Below are positions 9,779 to 19,570 of a stretch of 32,000 bases of DNA, piece by piece (the stretch's first letter is position 1; each line of letters begins with the position of its first letter). Below the pieces are notes generated by a model, which made no database searches, was not told the DNA's origin, and worked only from the letters and a program-made list of their open reading frames with translations. The stretch comes from Trichodesmium erythraeum IMS101 (GTDB lineage: Bacteria > Cyanobacteriota > Cyanobacteriia > Cyanobacteriales > Microcoleaceae): contig NC_008312.1 in the NCBI RefSeq assembly GCF_000014265.1, positions 7,440,001-7,472,000 on the forward strand, in the 5' to 3' direction. The position numbers and the translations under genes are program-made.

Positions 9779-10724
9779 TATAGAGCCTATTTGAGATCTT
9801 TTACCGGTATAAAGTTAAGCTAATGACAGCAGTTTAATCTAATCACAATGACATATTCGAGCTGTCTTACTGACCCAGAATGGGAAATCGTTGAACCTCT
9901 GTTGCTTGAGCTATTGCCTCCAAAAAAGCAAACACGTCCCCCTGATTGGACAAAACGAGAAATCCTCGATGGTATCTTCTATCAACTTAAGAATGGCTGC
10001 AATTGGGGAGATTTGCCCAAGGAGCTGCCTCCCTATTCCACGGTCTATTGGTATTACAAACAATGGCGAGATGCCGGAGTGATTGAGAAACTTATGGATG
10101 CTTTACATCCAAGAGTGCGTCAGCAAGTGAAAAAAAAAGCGCTCCGGGACAACCTTGATCATCATTGATTCCCAAGCCGTGAAAAATACCTGTAATGCTA
10201 GTGTAGACTCAAAGGGTTTCTGTTTCTACAAGTCGACCAATGGTATTAAAAGGCATCTAGCTGTAGATACATTAGGATTTCCCTTTTTTACTCATTGTAC
10301 CCGGGCAAATGTCACTGATGATGCAGGATTGATTGAAATGTTGAGATTGAACATTGACTATTTCAAATCCAAGCCAGTGAATATTCCGAAGATTACGATT
10401 CTCTTAGATCATGGTTATCACCCAGACCACTTGAGAGAGGAATTAGAAAAGATCTATCCACAAATTATGAGAAAAATTAAGTTTGAACTTTCAACAAAAC
10501 CTTCAAAACAAGAGAAAGCAGCACAAGGCAAATCAGGATTTGTTCCAGCAATCGCCAGATGGGTAATTGAACGTTCAAATAGTTGGATGGAAAGATGTAA
10601 GATTCTGGTGAAGAACTTTGAGAGAACTCTATCGAATGCGACGACAAAACTGAATCTTTGCTTTGTCAGACTAATGATTAAGAGACTTGTAGCCTCTGGC
10701 TAGAGATCTCAAATGGGTTCTATA
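9779..10724 (+). mobile_element. IS5-family IS427-like element type C, copy 2 (946 bp)
   Basis: Inverted duplicate of 4390-5335. The encoded proteins differ at one residue (MLRLNIDY vs MLSLNIDY). Confidence 0.9.
9848..10703 (+). CDS. IS427-like transposase OrfA (9848-10168) and OrfB (10155-10703)
   Basis: Same proteins as copy 1. The A9 run is at 10130-10138, and the OrfB phase is +1 relative to OrfA. Confidence 0.85.
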
Positions 10725-11044
10725 ATTTAAGAATAGGTTCTGGGATCATATCGGATACTCTCTGGAATAAATACGAACCCTATCAACAGTTATAACCATC
10801 AAAAAAAGCTCAACAATAATTAATATTGTGTAAGCATTCAGGTGTAGAGGTTGACAAAAAGGGAAAAGTCTGTGTTTCTGATAAGAATAAGAAATGAAAT
10901 TCAAGCCACCAGATATCCCAAAAGACCGAAAAGACTTAGAACTACTGTCCAAAAAAAGCTCTAGAAGAACTGCAACATGGTAACAGCAACGCTTCATAGA
11001 AAAACTGATTGAAGAGGTAGAACGGCTCAAATAACTATGTAATA

Positions 11045-12183
11045 CTAATTTCATAAACTTAAGCTACACTTTTAGAAGTAACCTATTATAGAAAATGTCC
11101 CCATGTCAGGAGTAGTAAAAATTGAGATAAATGAATCGGTAGAAACTCTCAAAAAACTTTTAAAAAGTGCGAGTACAGCTCAAGAAAAGGAAAGACTTCA
11201 AACTATTTACTGGTTGAAAACTCAAACAGTAGAAACAGTAAAAGAAATTGCGATAATGTTAGGACGCAATCGAGTCACAGTACAAAAATGGTTAGGGAAA
11301 TATCGTACAGGTGGACTGAATCTTTTACTAGAACCAAAGAAAAATCTAGGAGGGAGGCCAAGTTCAATTCCACCAAATGTAATCGAGAAATTAGAAGCAG
11401 AATTGCAAAACCCGGAAGGTTTCCAAAGCTATGGTGAAATTCAACAGTGGTTAACGACTTGTTTTGACATCGAGCTGTCTTATCGAACAGTTCATCAATT
11501 AGTCAGATATAAATTAAAAAGTAAATTAAAAGTTCCACGTCCAAATCACATAAAACAAAATAAAGAAGCTCAAGAAAACTTTAAAAAAAACTCTCATCTC
11601 AACTAGAAGAGAAAATTAAGTTAATTAATAAATATTCGGAAAATCAACTGCCAATTCGCTATTGGTGTCAAGACGAGACTAGAATTGGATTAAAAACTAT
11701 AACAGGTAAAGTCATTACTGCTTGCGGTGTTAAGCCCATTGGTTTATATCAATGGCTATTTAAATATCTATGGCTTTATGGTTTAGTAGAACCAAAAACA
11801 GGAGATTCCTTTTTTTATGAATTTAGTCATCTAGATACTCCTTGCTTTGAAAGATTTTTAGAGCTTTTTTCTCAAACATATCCTGAAGAGATTCATATTA
11901 TTCAACTAGATAACGGGCGAGGGCATCTAGGGAATGATTTATCTATCCCTGATCACATCATTTTATTATTTCAACCTCCTTATTGTCCCGAAGTTAATCC
12001 CATTGAAAGACTGTGGAAAGAGGTGAAAAAATTCTTGAAAAATCGAGTTTTCGATTCCTTAGATTTCTGACGCAGAATCCTGAGAAATATATTAACTGGA
12101 TTTAGTCAAAAAGATATTGCTTCTTGTACAGGATATGATTTTATTCTTGAAGCATTATGTGTAGTCGGACTTTAGGAAATTGG
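11045..12183 (+). mobile_element. IS630-family element type A, copy 2
   Basis: Same 1139 bp as 982-2120, with at least one SNP (ATTACTGCTTG vs ATTACTACTTG). TA flanks at 11043-11044 and 12184-12185. Confidence 0.85.
11103..12070 (+). CDS. IS630-family transposase, two frames (as 1040-2007)
   Basis: Identical ORF1. It has the same A8 run and the same TGA (12068-12070). Confidence 0.7.
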
Positions 12184-12189
12184 TATAAT

Positions 12190-13318
12190 AGACCTCTCAA
12201 AAATCAAAATTAAGGTAAAATTGTAGTGGCAAATTATATATACTCTGTTTCCAAATGAATAATGTATCAGAATATATTTATAACCATCCAAAAGAAACAA
12301 AAATAATTATTGGTATTACAGATGAACAGCTAATAAAATTAATAGAAAACGCTCAAAAAGTTGAAAAAAAAAGACAGGCGATCACCAGCAAAGAAAAAAG
12401 GTTAATCAAGGCAGGAGGAGGAAGAAAAAAGTTTTTAAGCAAGACAAAAGAGATAATGTTGAGCTTATATTATTTGCATCATATACCAACATTTCAGGGA
12501 CTAGGAGCAATATTTGGAGTTAGCTCATCAACAGCAAATAATATTTTTCAGGCTTTGGATAGATATTTTGAGGGAATTATTACCATCTAGTTTACTAGAG
12601 GAATTATCTGGAAAAGAAAACGAATATTTATTGATAAAAGAGACTTTGACAGAAATAGAATTGATAGTTGATAGTACATAGCAGGATAGGGAAAGGCTAA
12701 AAAATGATGATAAACAGAAAAATTATTATTCAGGAAAGCCAAAAAGTCATAGGTTTAAAAATCAAATAGTAATCACAGAAAAGGCATAAGAAATAGTAGA
12801 TATAATAGGAGGAGAAAGAGGTCTAGAAAGTGATATAAAGTTATTTAAAAAACTACAAAAAAAGTTGGATATAGAACAAATATTTAAATAATATAAGGGG
12901 TATCAAGGTTGTCAAAATTTAACAAGCCAAACAAAAAAAAGAATCCATAAAATGTCAGAGGAAGTAAAGAAATAGAATAAAAAAAACTCAAACAAGAATA
13001 TTTATAGAAAAGATAATAAGACTAATAAAAATATTTAGAGTGGCACGATAAAGATTGAGATTGAAAGAGAATAATTATGAAAAAGTAATTTTCAAAATAT
13101 GTAGTTTCGTAAGATTAATAAGAGGAGAATTAATATTATTATAAATCATAAATTTTGCTCTAAAAAAAATAATAAAAAACTAGATAAAAATGGTCAATAA
13201 CTAACAGTAACTATCTGTCATGCTATAAAGCCAGTAAAAAATGACTATCTGGTGGAGCTGGCGATCGCTCCCCAAAAGATAGTTAGAGTAAGGGAAGTGA
13301 TAATTTTTGGAGATGTCT
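12190..13318 (+). mobile_element. Harbinger/PIF-like (DDE_Tnp_4) IS, copy A, heavily decayed
   Basis: Termini are AGACCTCTCAAAAAT ... TTTTGGAGATGTCT. The N-terminal ORF MNNVSEYIYNHPKETKIIIGITDEQL...GGGRKK...YYLHHIPTFQGLG matches copies B and C. The rest is riddled with stops. Confidence 0.7.
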
Positions 13319-13416
13319 ACTACCCCACTGATAATTTCCCCCTTGGCCTCATTGACTCCTATTGGAGATGTCTACTACCCCACTGATAATTTCCCCCTTG
13401 ACCTCATTGACTCCTA
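13307..13416. repeat. 55-bp tandem duplication (x2, 1 mismatch) spanning an IS/IS junction
   Basis: TTGGAGATGTCTACTACCCCACTGATAATTTCCCCCTTG[G/A]CCTCATTGACTCCTA occurs at 13307-13361 and 13362-13416. Confidence 0.9.
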
Positions 13417-13615
13417 GATGTAATTTACGCTATGTACGCAGTTTACTGACACCATGAACTCTTGTTTTCCACTCACCCTCCCCGTAAACTTTCACTTCTG
13501 TAGAGTCTAATACCATCTCAATGGCCTCAGCATGTTGGTGTAACTGGCAGTTGGATATTCAGTTTTTGTAATCGACGAGATACAGTACTGTGGTCTGGTA
13601 CTGGCAGATATAAGT
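13319..13615 (-). pseudogene. Diverged IS903-group fragment
   Basis: Roughly 80-85% similar by eye to 15133-15380 of the main IS903-like copies (…GTAATTTAC.C.ATGTACGC.GTTTACTGACACCATGAAC…). It is truncated on both sides by other elements. Confidence 0.6.
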
Positions 13616-13666
13616 GGCTTTGTTGCATGAAAGTAGTGATCGCCAAAAACTTCCATCAGGAAGTTA

Positions 13667-14694
13667 CAGCAATTTTCAGGTAAATAGACCACAGTGGTTG
13701 AACCAACCGAAGGCATCATCTTCAGTAATGAAATTTACAACTTCAGCCATTGCTTGCTCCAGTGATTCATGGGTACGTGCCTCACAAGAACGGAGAAATT
13801 GCTTCAGTTTCGACCAACAAAGCTCACACTTGTGATAAATCAGGAGAGTAAGGGGGCAAAAACTTGACTTGAGCACCGACGGACTCAATGGCAACTCTGA
13901 CACGTTCAGCATGATGAACCTTGAGATTATCCATTACCACGATTGCCCCTTGCCACAACTGAGGTAGTAAGACCTGGGTTTAATAAAGTGATAAATACCT
14001 CAGTATTTGTACTTCCTGGTACAGTCATCGACGCAATCAGTCCATCCAAGTTCAAAGCACCAATCAAAGAAACATTTCCACCCTTGCTACCTGGGATACT
14101 ACCAACAGCTCGTTCCCCATCTACGGCTCTGGCGAATAAACGAGACATTGACAAATTTATTCGGGCTTCATCAACAAATACTAAATTTCTGACATCAATT
14201 TTATCTAACCAACGTCGATAGTCATGTCTTAACTCTTGGACTCTTGGGGTATCTTGCTCACTGGCATAAAGACTTTTTTTTTGCACCGTAAGCCTAATTT
14301 TTCTACGGCGCGATGCATTGTGGAGATACTCACCCTAATTCCTGTTGTTTCTTGATAGCGAGCGCATAATTCTCTCAGCAATAAGTCATTTTTCTCCTCT
14401 ACCAGAGATTTGATGATGTTGAGATTATCATAGGAAATTATTGGCTGCTGATATCCTCCACGTCGTTTGGCCTCAATTTGTCCAAGAGTAACGATAATGA
14501 CGCAACAAATTTCGTACCATAGACAAGCTGACCTTAAATCTTTCAGCCAACTGACGTTGAGAGCCTTCTTTTGCTTCCCAAGCTATAATCACGCGACGAC
14601 GCAAATCACTCGAATACGATACTGGCATTAAATTTAACAATTACATCAAACCCATTTTACCGCACTTTGTGGTTCAATTACCTGAAAAGTGCTG
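13667..14694 (-). mobile_element. IS630-family element type B, copy 2 (uninterrupted, 1028 bp)
   Basis: TA flanks at 13665-13666 and 14695-14696. The empty site GAAGT-TA-ACTAG is seen at 30456-30467. The transposase is frame-shifted like copy 1. Confidence 0.85.
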
Positions 14695-14725
14695 TAACTA
14701 GATTTTCACTTTGTGACTTTTGGGT

Positions 14726-15652
14726 TTACCTGTTTGAATCATACGGTTCAGCATGGCACATTGTATGAACAACTCTACTGCTTGGGCTTTCGAATTTTCC
14801 TCGTCGTAACTGACCTCCAAAGCTCACTTTGAGTCTAAACATTGTGGTTTCTGATAGAGAACGCCAATGGTAACCACTTTCATGCTTCCATTTTTGGCGT
14901 CCTACCTTTCTGATTCTTCTGAGGTTTTCATCTCTGGGATGAGGTGGGCATTTGCAGTTGCCGTGTTGACCTATTACTGCATTTTTCCTGGGTGGAATTG
15001 TTACTTTTGCTCCTAGTTGGTTAGCTTTCTGGTAACATTTATACTTGTGCTCTGCTCCATCTCCTGATACTTGGGCTATTTCCCCATCTACTCCATTTCT
15101 CAAGTTCAGAAAATGCTTGTGAATCACTGACATCATTGGTAGTCACTACTCCACTGACAATCTCTCCTGTAGCCTCATTTACTCCTAGGTGTAATTTACC
15201 CCATGTACGCCGTTTACTGACACCATGAACTTTTGTTTTCCATTCACCTTCTCCGTAAACTTTCACCCCTGTAGAGTCTACTACTGTACGGAATAGTTTC
15301 ATTAGTTGGTATAACTGGCAGTTGGATATTCAGTTTGAGCAAGGGACGGGATACAGTGCTATGGTCTGGTACTGGTAAATCTAAGTCCATCAATTGAAAT
15401 ATAGATTCGACAAAACCTTCAGTCTGTCGTCCGGCCAGACCAAACAATGATTGTATAGTGACCATAAATTCAATGGCCGTATTGCTATAGGTATTTGATG
15501 CCCCCCTACGTCCAGTTTTTTGTTGATTTACCCACTGCTCTATGACTTCATCATTCAACCAAAATGTGAGGCTCCCTCTCTGTCTTAGGGACGCATCAGA
15601 CCTACGACCAGTTGCTGAAGAGGTACTTATACTTGGACTTGGACTTACTCAT
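14726..15652 (-). pseudogene. IS903-group transposase, about 3 frame breaks
   Basis: MSKSKSKYKYLFSNWS* / ...DASLRQRGSLTFWLNDEVIEQW... / ...VVDSTGVKVYGEGEWKTKVHGVSKRRTWGKLHLGV... / ...VSGDGAEHKYKCYQ...RDENLRRIRKVGRQKWKHESGYH.RSLSETTMFRLK. The same breaks occur in the copy at 30492-31418. Confidence 0.8.
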
Positions 15653-15789
15653 CTCTACCCTTACTATAGGTTTCTTGTGCCACACGCTTATTGTTACCAT
15701 ATTTTCTATCTTTATACAACAAAGCCCCATCAACACATAAGAGAAATCATTTTTGAGCTCAATTAAGCAGATTTGATCTTTTTTGTGTT

Positions 15790-16393
15790 TTTTTTCTGAC
15801 TGTCAAATTTACCCTTACCTTTTTTCACTATCAGGTATCGTTTTCTTTTGTGACGAAGTTGACCTTTTTTCTAGCCTGGAGATTTTCCACAGGGTTTGGG
15901 AGCATATGTGGGTGTTCCAACTAGGACAATAACTCCTCACTATCCCTGGGCAGTTCTTCGGGGAGTTAATTTAATCTCTGATTTCTGCCAAGGTAAGGGA
16001 CAATCTACAATTACCTCACGAGCTAACCATAACTCCCAAGTCATCATGGGCATTAAATCACTCTATCGACTGCATTGCTGTTTAGAACCAAAGTTGGGTA
16101 AAGTCCAGTGCAACCTTTGTTTACAAAAGCGATACCAGTGTTCAATGGTAAAGCGACGTAGATAGAGGCCAACTAATTCTATCAAAGTAGGCATTTGTTC
16201 CCCCTTCCAAGCTAACCACAGGGGCTTACTTTTGGGTGAATCTAATCCCTGGACTCGAATTAATGATAATTTTTCATGAGATACTTGTCGAAAATGTAAC
16301 TTATGCCATGCTTGAATCTGGAGTTTTCCTGGCAATGGATATTCCACTTCTATTTTTGGCTCTTCTGGTCTCCAGGTTTACTCATCATTGACA
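15790..16393 (-). pseudogene. C-terminal part of an unassigned cyanobacterial DDE transposase ('family Z')
   Basis: ...TWRPEEPKIEVEYPLPGKLQIQAWHKLHF...PLWLAWKGEQMPTLIELVGLYLRRFTIEHWYRFCKQRLHWTLP... then ...LPWQK...GTPTYAPKPCGKSPG with stops. The family is recognised only from memory. Confidence 0.45.
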
Positions 16394-19040
16394 GGACTTA
16401 CGCAAAGACACCATATATAGCGCATAGCAATTTCGACGAACTTCACGCTTTGTCACGTGCATTAGCGGAGCTTTGCGTTAGCAATCGCCTAACTATTTTT
16501 CTTCAAAAACCAATAGTAATTCAAGTCAAATAACCTTCATTTTAATTGAAGGATGTTTCAATTGGTCGGTTAGATATTTTGACAATAATCCGTGCTTGAC
16601 TTGATAAATACTTTTGCCTATTTTAGAAGCAAATCTTTTTAAAAAGTTCCACACGCTCCATTGCACAAGCAATATGATTTTCTTGAATTATTCGCAGACG
16701 ACACGCTCCACGCGTCCTAAACCTGTTAATTGCTTAACTTCTCGATTGATATCTTCGATTTTCCATCGAGTTTGAGATTCAAACTCTACATCTAAAGAGT
16801 GATGATTGAGTTAAGTCATTAGTAACAATATATTCTGCTGAAGTTGGCAGATACACCTAATCCAAAATATTTTTGCTTTTTTGTCTCGTGGAAAGCCTTT
16901 AATTTTAATTCTTTTTCCTGATCGATCGCGACCTGTATCATCAACGCGCGCGATTACTTTTTAAAGGGCAATAATAAATTTTTCTATCATTATCTATTAA
17001 TCCCATTAATCTTTGTATTGCATACCAACTATCCATTAATACTGTTTTAAATGGTATTTTCTTATTATTTATAGCATTAAGTATCATTTCTTCAACACTC
17101 TTCTATTTTTGTTTTCTTGTCAGTATCTGGGTCATAAATCCTATAATCTATAATCCATAATTGTTCATTCATCGATTAAAATATATACAATTAACTATTC
17201 CTATGCCATGAACAACTTGATGTTCATTGCCACTATATTGTCGTCGTGCAAGCTCAATATTATGCCCATACTTTTTATTAATTACTGTGTCATCAAAAAT
17301 TAAATAAGCTTCGGTATCACCAAACAAATTCTTCTTTAACATTTCGCCATAAACCTTCTGAATTTAAAGACTAATATCTTAAATAGCGATTTATTGTATC
17401 ATGGCTAATATTGTCCAGATGATTTGCGGCGTAGCGTTATTGTAAAATTTGTGTGAGATTTAACGGGACTTTAGTGAAAAAATAGTAAAAAAAAGGGTAT
17501 AATGTATACCTGATATGTATTTTACGTTAATTACTGGCCTGGGAAAAGTTTGATGAAAGAAACAACTTCAGTGGCCATGCCCTCTTGTTTCCATCGATGG
17601 TGCGATCGCTTTAACAATGTCTTTAAAACAAAAGCCCAAAAAACAGGGTTTAGGGAATATATAGGAGGATTACTCTTGAGAAAGCGATCGAAAAAACTTG
17701 TCTCAAATTGCCAACAACACTGTAGGTCACACGTACCACAAATTACGGCATTTTCTAGTTCGAGCAAATTGGTCTGTAGATGCTGTGAATGAGCGTCGTC
17801 TTCAAGTAATGTGGGAACGTCGCCAAACAAAACCTTCTCGATCCTATTGCTTTAATTATAGACGATTCAGGCCACAGAAAAAGTGGTAATTTTACTGCAG
17901 GAGTAGGGCGGCAATATATAGGAGAAATAGGAAAAACAGATAATGGTGTAGTCGTGGTGACAACTCATCTTTATGATGGAGTTAAAAGTCTACCTTTAGA
18001 CATAGCTTTGTATCAGAAAGCTGATTCTTTTCCAAAAGGAAAAAAAGACCCAGAATTTGTCAAGAAACCAGACGAGTGCAATGTCTCTAGTAGATCAATG
18101 TTTGTCCAGAGGACACCAACCAGAAATTGTGTTAATTGAAATTTGGCTATGGTAACAATACATCATTCTTAAATCAACTAGAGAAAAGAAGTTTAACTTA
18201 TATAGGAGGATTAGCTAAAAATCGAAAAGTCATCATTAAAAAACAAGATGACATTAAAGAGGAAATTAGATTAGACAAGCTGGCAGAAAGTATACCTCAG
18301 AAAGCTTTCAACTTAGTTCAACTAAGTACAAAAAATGCTAGAGAAGTTTGGGTAGCTACATTAGAAGTAGAAATATCTAGGATGTCAGGTCAAAAAACTA
18401 TAGCTATCGTTATGAATGCTAAAAGTTTTTCTGAGGCCACTGATATTAACTATTATATCACTAATAGAGAAGACAAATATGTAACTCCTGAGTGGATATA
18501 TTCTACTTATTCTCAAAGAAATTGGGTGGAAGTTTTCTACAGGGAAGCCAAAGGATGGTTAGGATTAAGAGAATATCAAGTCAGAGATAAAATCAGCCTT
18601 AAAAGGCATTTTATTTTAGTATTTTGTGCTTATACATTTATTATCTGGCATCAGTTAACAGGAGGTATAAGAAGGCGTTGGGCTAACAAACCATTAAATA
18701 CGTTTACTGATACTTTAGAAGCATTTCGTACCGCAATATCTTATCGTTTTGTTGAGTGGTTAGATGAAAACATCGACGTATTTACCGCTCATAAAGAGAG
18801 TTTAGGGTTTGTTTGGGCTTGAAATTTGCTAAAGTCCCGTTAAGTAAATATTGACAGTAGTCAACAAAATTAAAATTCATATTTTTGAACTAATATAATT
18901 CTGTCATTATCATCTAATAATTAAAGATTTTTAGCAAGTTAATTTAACCTAATTGTAACCTTATTTAAAGATACATTAAAAGTAATATCTATCTGAAAAA
19001 AAACTAATTATAGTATGGAGAATTTCATATCGACAGTACG
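16394..19040 (-). mobile_element. IS4-superfamily 'type D' element, copy 2, with nested IS701-like element (upper boundary uncertain)
   Basis: Terminus GGACTTACGCAAAGACACCATATATAGCGCATAG at 16394. The reverse-strand gene runs from ATG 18880 (MNFNFVDYCQYLL) to the stop at 16526. It reads ...SLDVEFESQTRWKIEDINREVKQLTGLGRVE...HIACAM...WNFLKRFASKIGKSIYQVKHGLLSKYLTDQLKHPSIKMKVI* and contains many stops. Confidence 0.6.
17464..18839 (+). mobile_element. IS701-like element, copy 2 (1376 bp), 4-bp TSD TTAA
   Basis: Same length, TIRs and ORF fragments as 7758-9133. TTAA is repeated at 17460-17463 and 18840-18843. It is inserted right after codons YCQYLL of type-D copy 2. Confidence 0.9.
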
Positions 19041-19345
19041 CTACATATTTGGATTGTGATTGAGTTGAAATTTCTCCCCATGTAAGGGAGGAACACCACG
19101 ACCATTATAACCCATTGGTTCACCGTAAAAACATCTATTAGAACTTAACCCCATCAATTTATCCCAGGGAATATCTGCGGTTTGTTTGATAAAGGAGGCA
19201 CATCCATATTGGCTATCGACAACCACTATAGCTCGCTTTTCTAGGTAGGGACAGACGTTTCTTAACGGTTCACTTAACTTACTGAGGGCAGTGTCACAAC
19301 TATTAATTCTTTCATGAAGTAAAGGTAATGCCCAGCCTAAGCCTT
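19041..19345 (-). pseudogene. Middle fragment of a 'family Z' transposase
   Basis: ...LSEPLRNVCPYLEKRAIVVVDSQYGCASFIKQTADIPWDKLMGLSSNRCFYGEPMGYNGRGVPPLHGEKFQLN. In protein order it directly precedes the 16393-15790 fragment. Confidence 0.45.
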
Positions 19346-19426
19346 AAGTTATTTAAGTTTGTATGGGACTAAAGCCACCAATAATAAGCGATCGCTCTCT
19401 AAAAATTATAGCTATCGCTCTACTGA

Positions 19427-19460
19427 CTATGCGCTATATATAGTGTCTTTGCGTAAGTCC
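19427..19460 (-). repeat. Type-D terminus, inverted partner of 16394-16427 (33/34 identical)
   Basis: The reverse complement GGACTTACGCAAAGACACTATATATAGCGCATAG differs at one base from 16394-16427. Confidence 0.9.
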
Positions 19461-19530
19461 AGTAAATATTATTTCCTGGAATGAATGATTGATATTCAAT
19501 CACTTAAATCAATCTTTTCTGAAATCCTTG

Positions 19531-19556
19531 TAGGGATCTTCTATAGAAGATCCCTA
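19531..19556. repeat. Perfect 26-bp palindrome TAGGGATCTTCTATAGAAGATCCCTA
   Basis: Read directly from the sequence. It is centred on TATA, between the type-D terminus and IS630-D copy 2. Confidence 0.9.
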
Positions 19557-19570
19557 AATTATTACTTATA

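Larger units (their letters stand above)
13616..15726 (-). mobile_element. IS5-family IS903-group element, copy 2, carrying a nested IS630-B
   Basis: Termini are GGCTTTGTTGCATGAAAG and GGCTTTGTTGTATAAAGA (reverse complement). It is co-linear with 30412-31492 except for the 1030-bp insertion at a TA. There is no flanking direct repeat. Confidence 0.85.

Noticed and set aside
4390-10724. Composite transposon carrying cargo genes between the inverted IS427-like copies
   Set aside because: The interior (5336-9778) contains only IS630-type and IS701-type pseudogenes and MITE-like arms. There is no passenger gene, and no outer TSD can be demonstrated because the terminal TA is ambiguous.
10746-11054. 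102-aa reverse ORF between the IS427-like copy 2 and IS630-A copy 2
   Set aside because: Its start lies inside the IS630-A terminus and its composition is low-complexity. The plus strand here has a short coiled-coil-like stretch (…QQRFIEKLIEEVERLK) that may be a transposase N-terminal relic, but this is too little to call.
15542-15766. Conserved about 64-75-aa plus-strand ORFs (also 2620-2847, 31308-31502) beginning MTSSFNQNVRLPLCLRDAS
   Set aside because: They are conserved only because they lie in identical IS903-like copies. They are antisense to the true transposase N-terminus (MSKSKSKYKYLFSNW…SLRQRGSLTFWLNDEV) and run out through the IS terminus into different flanks.
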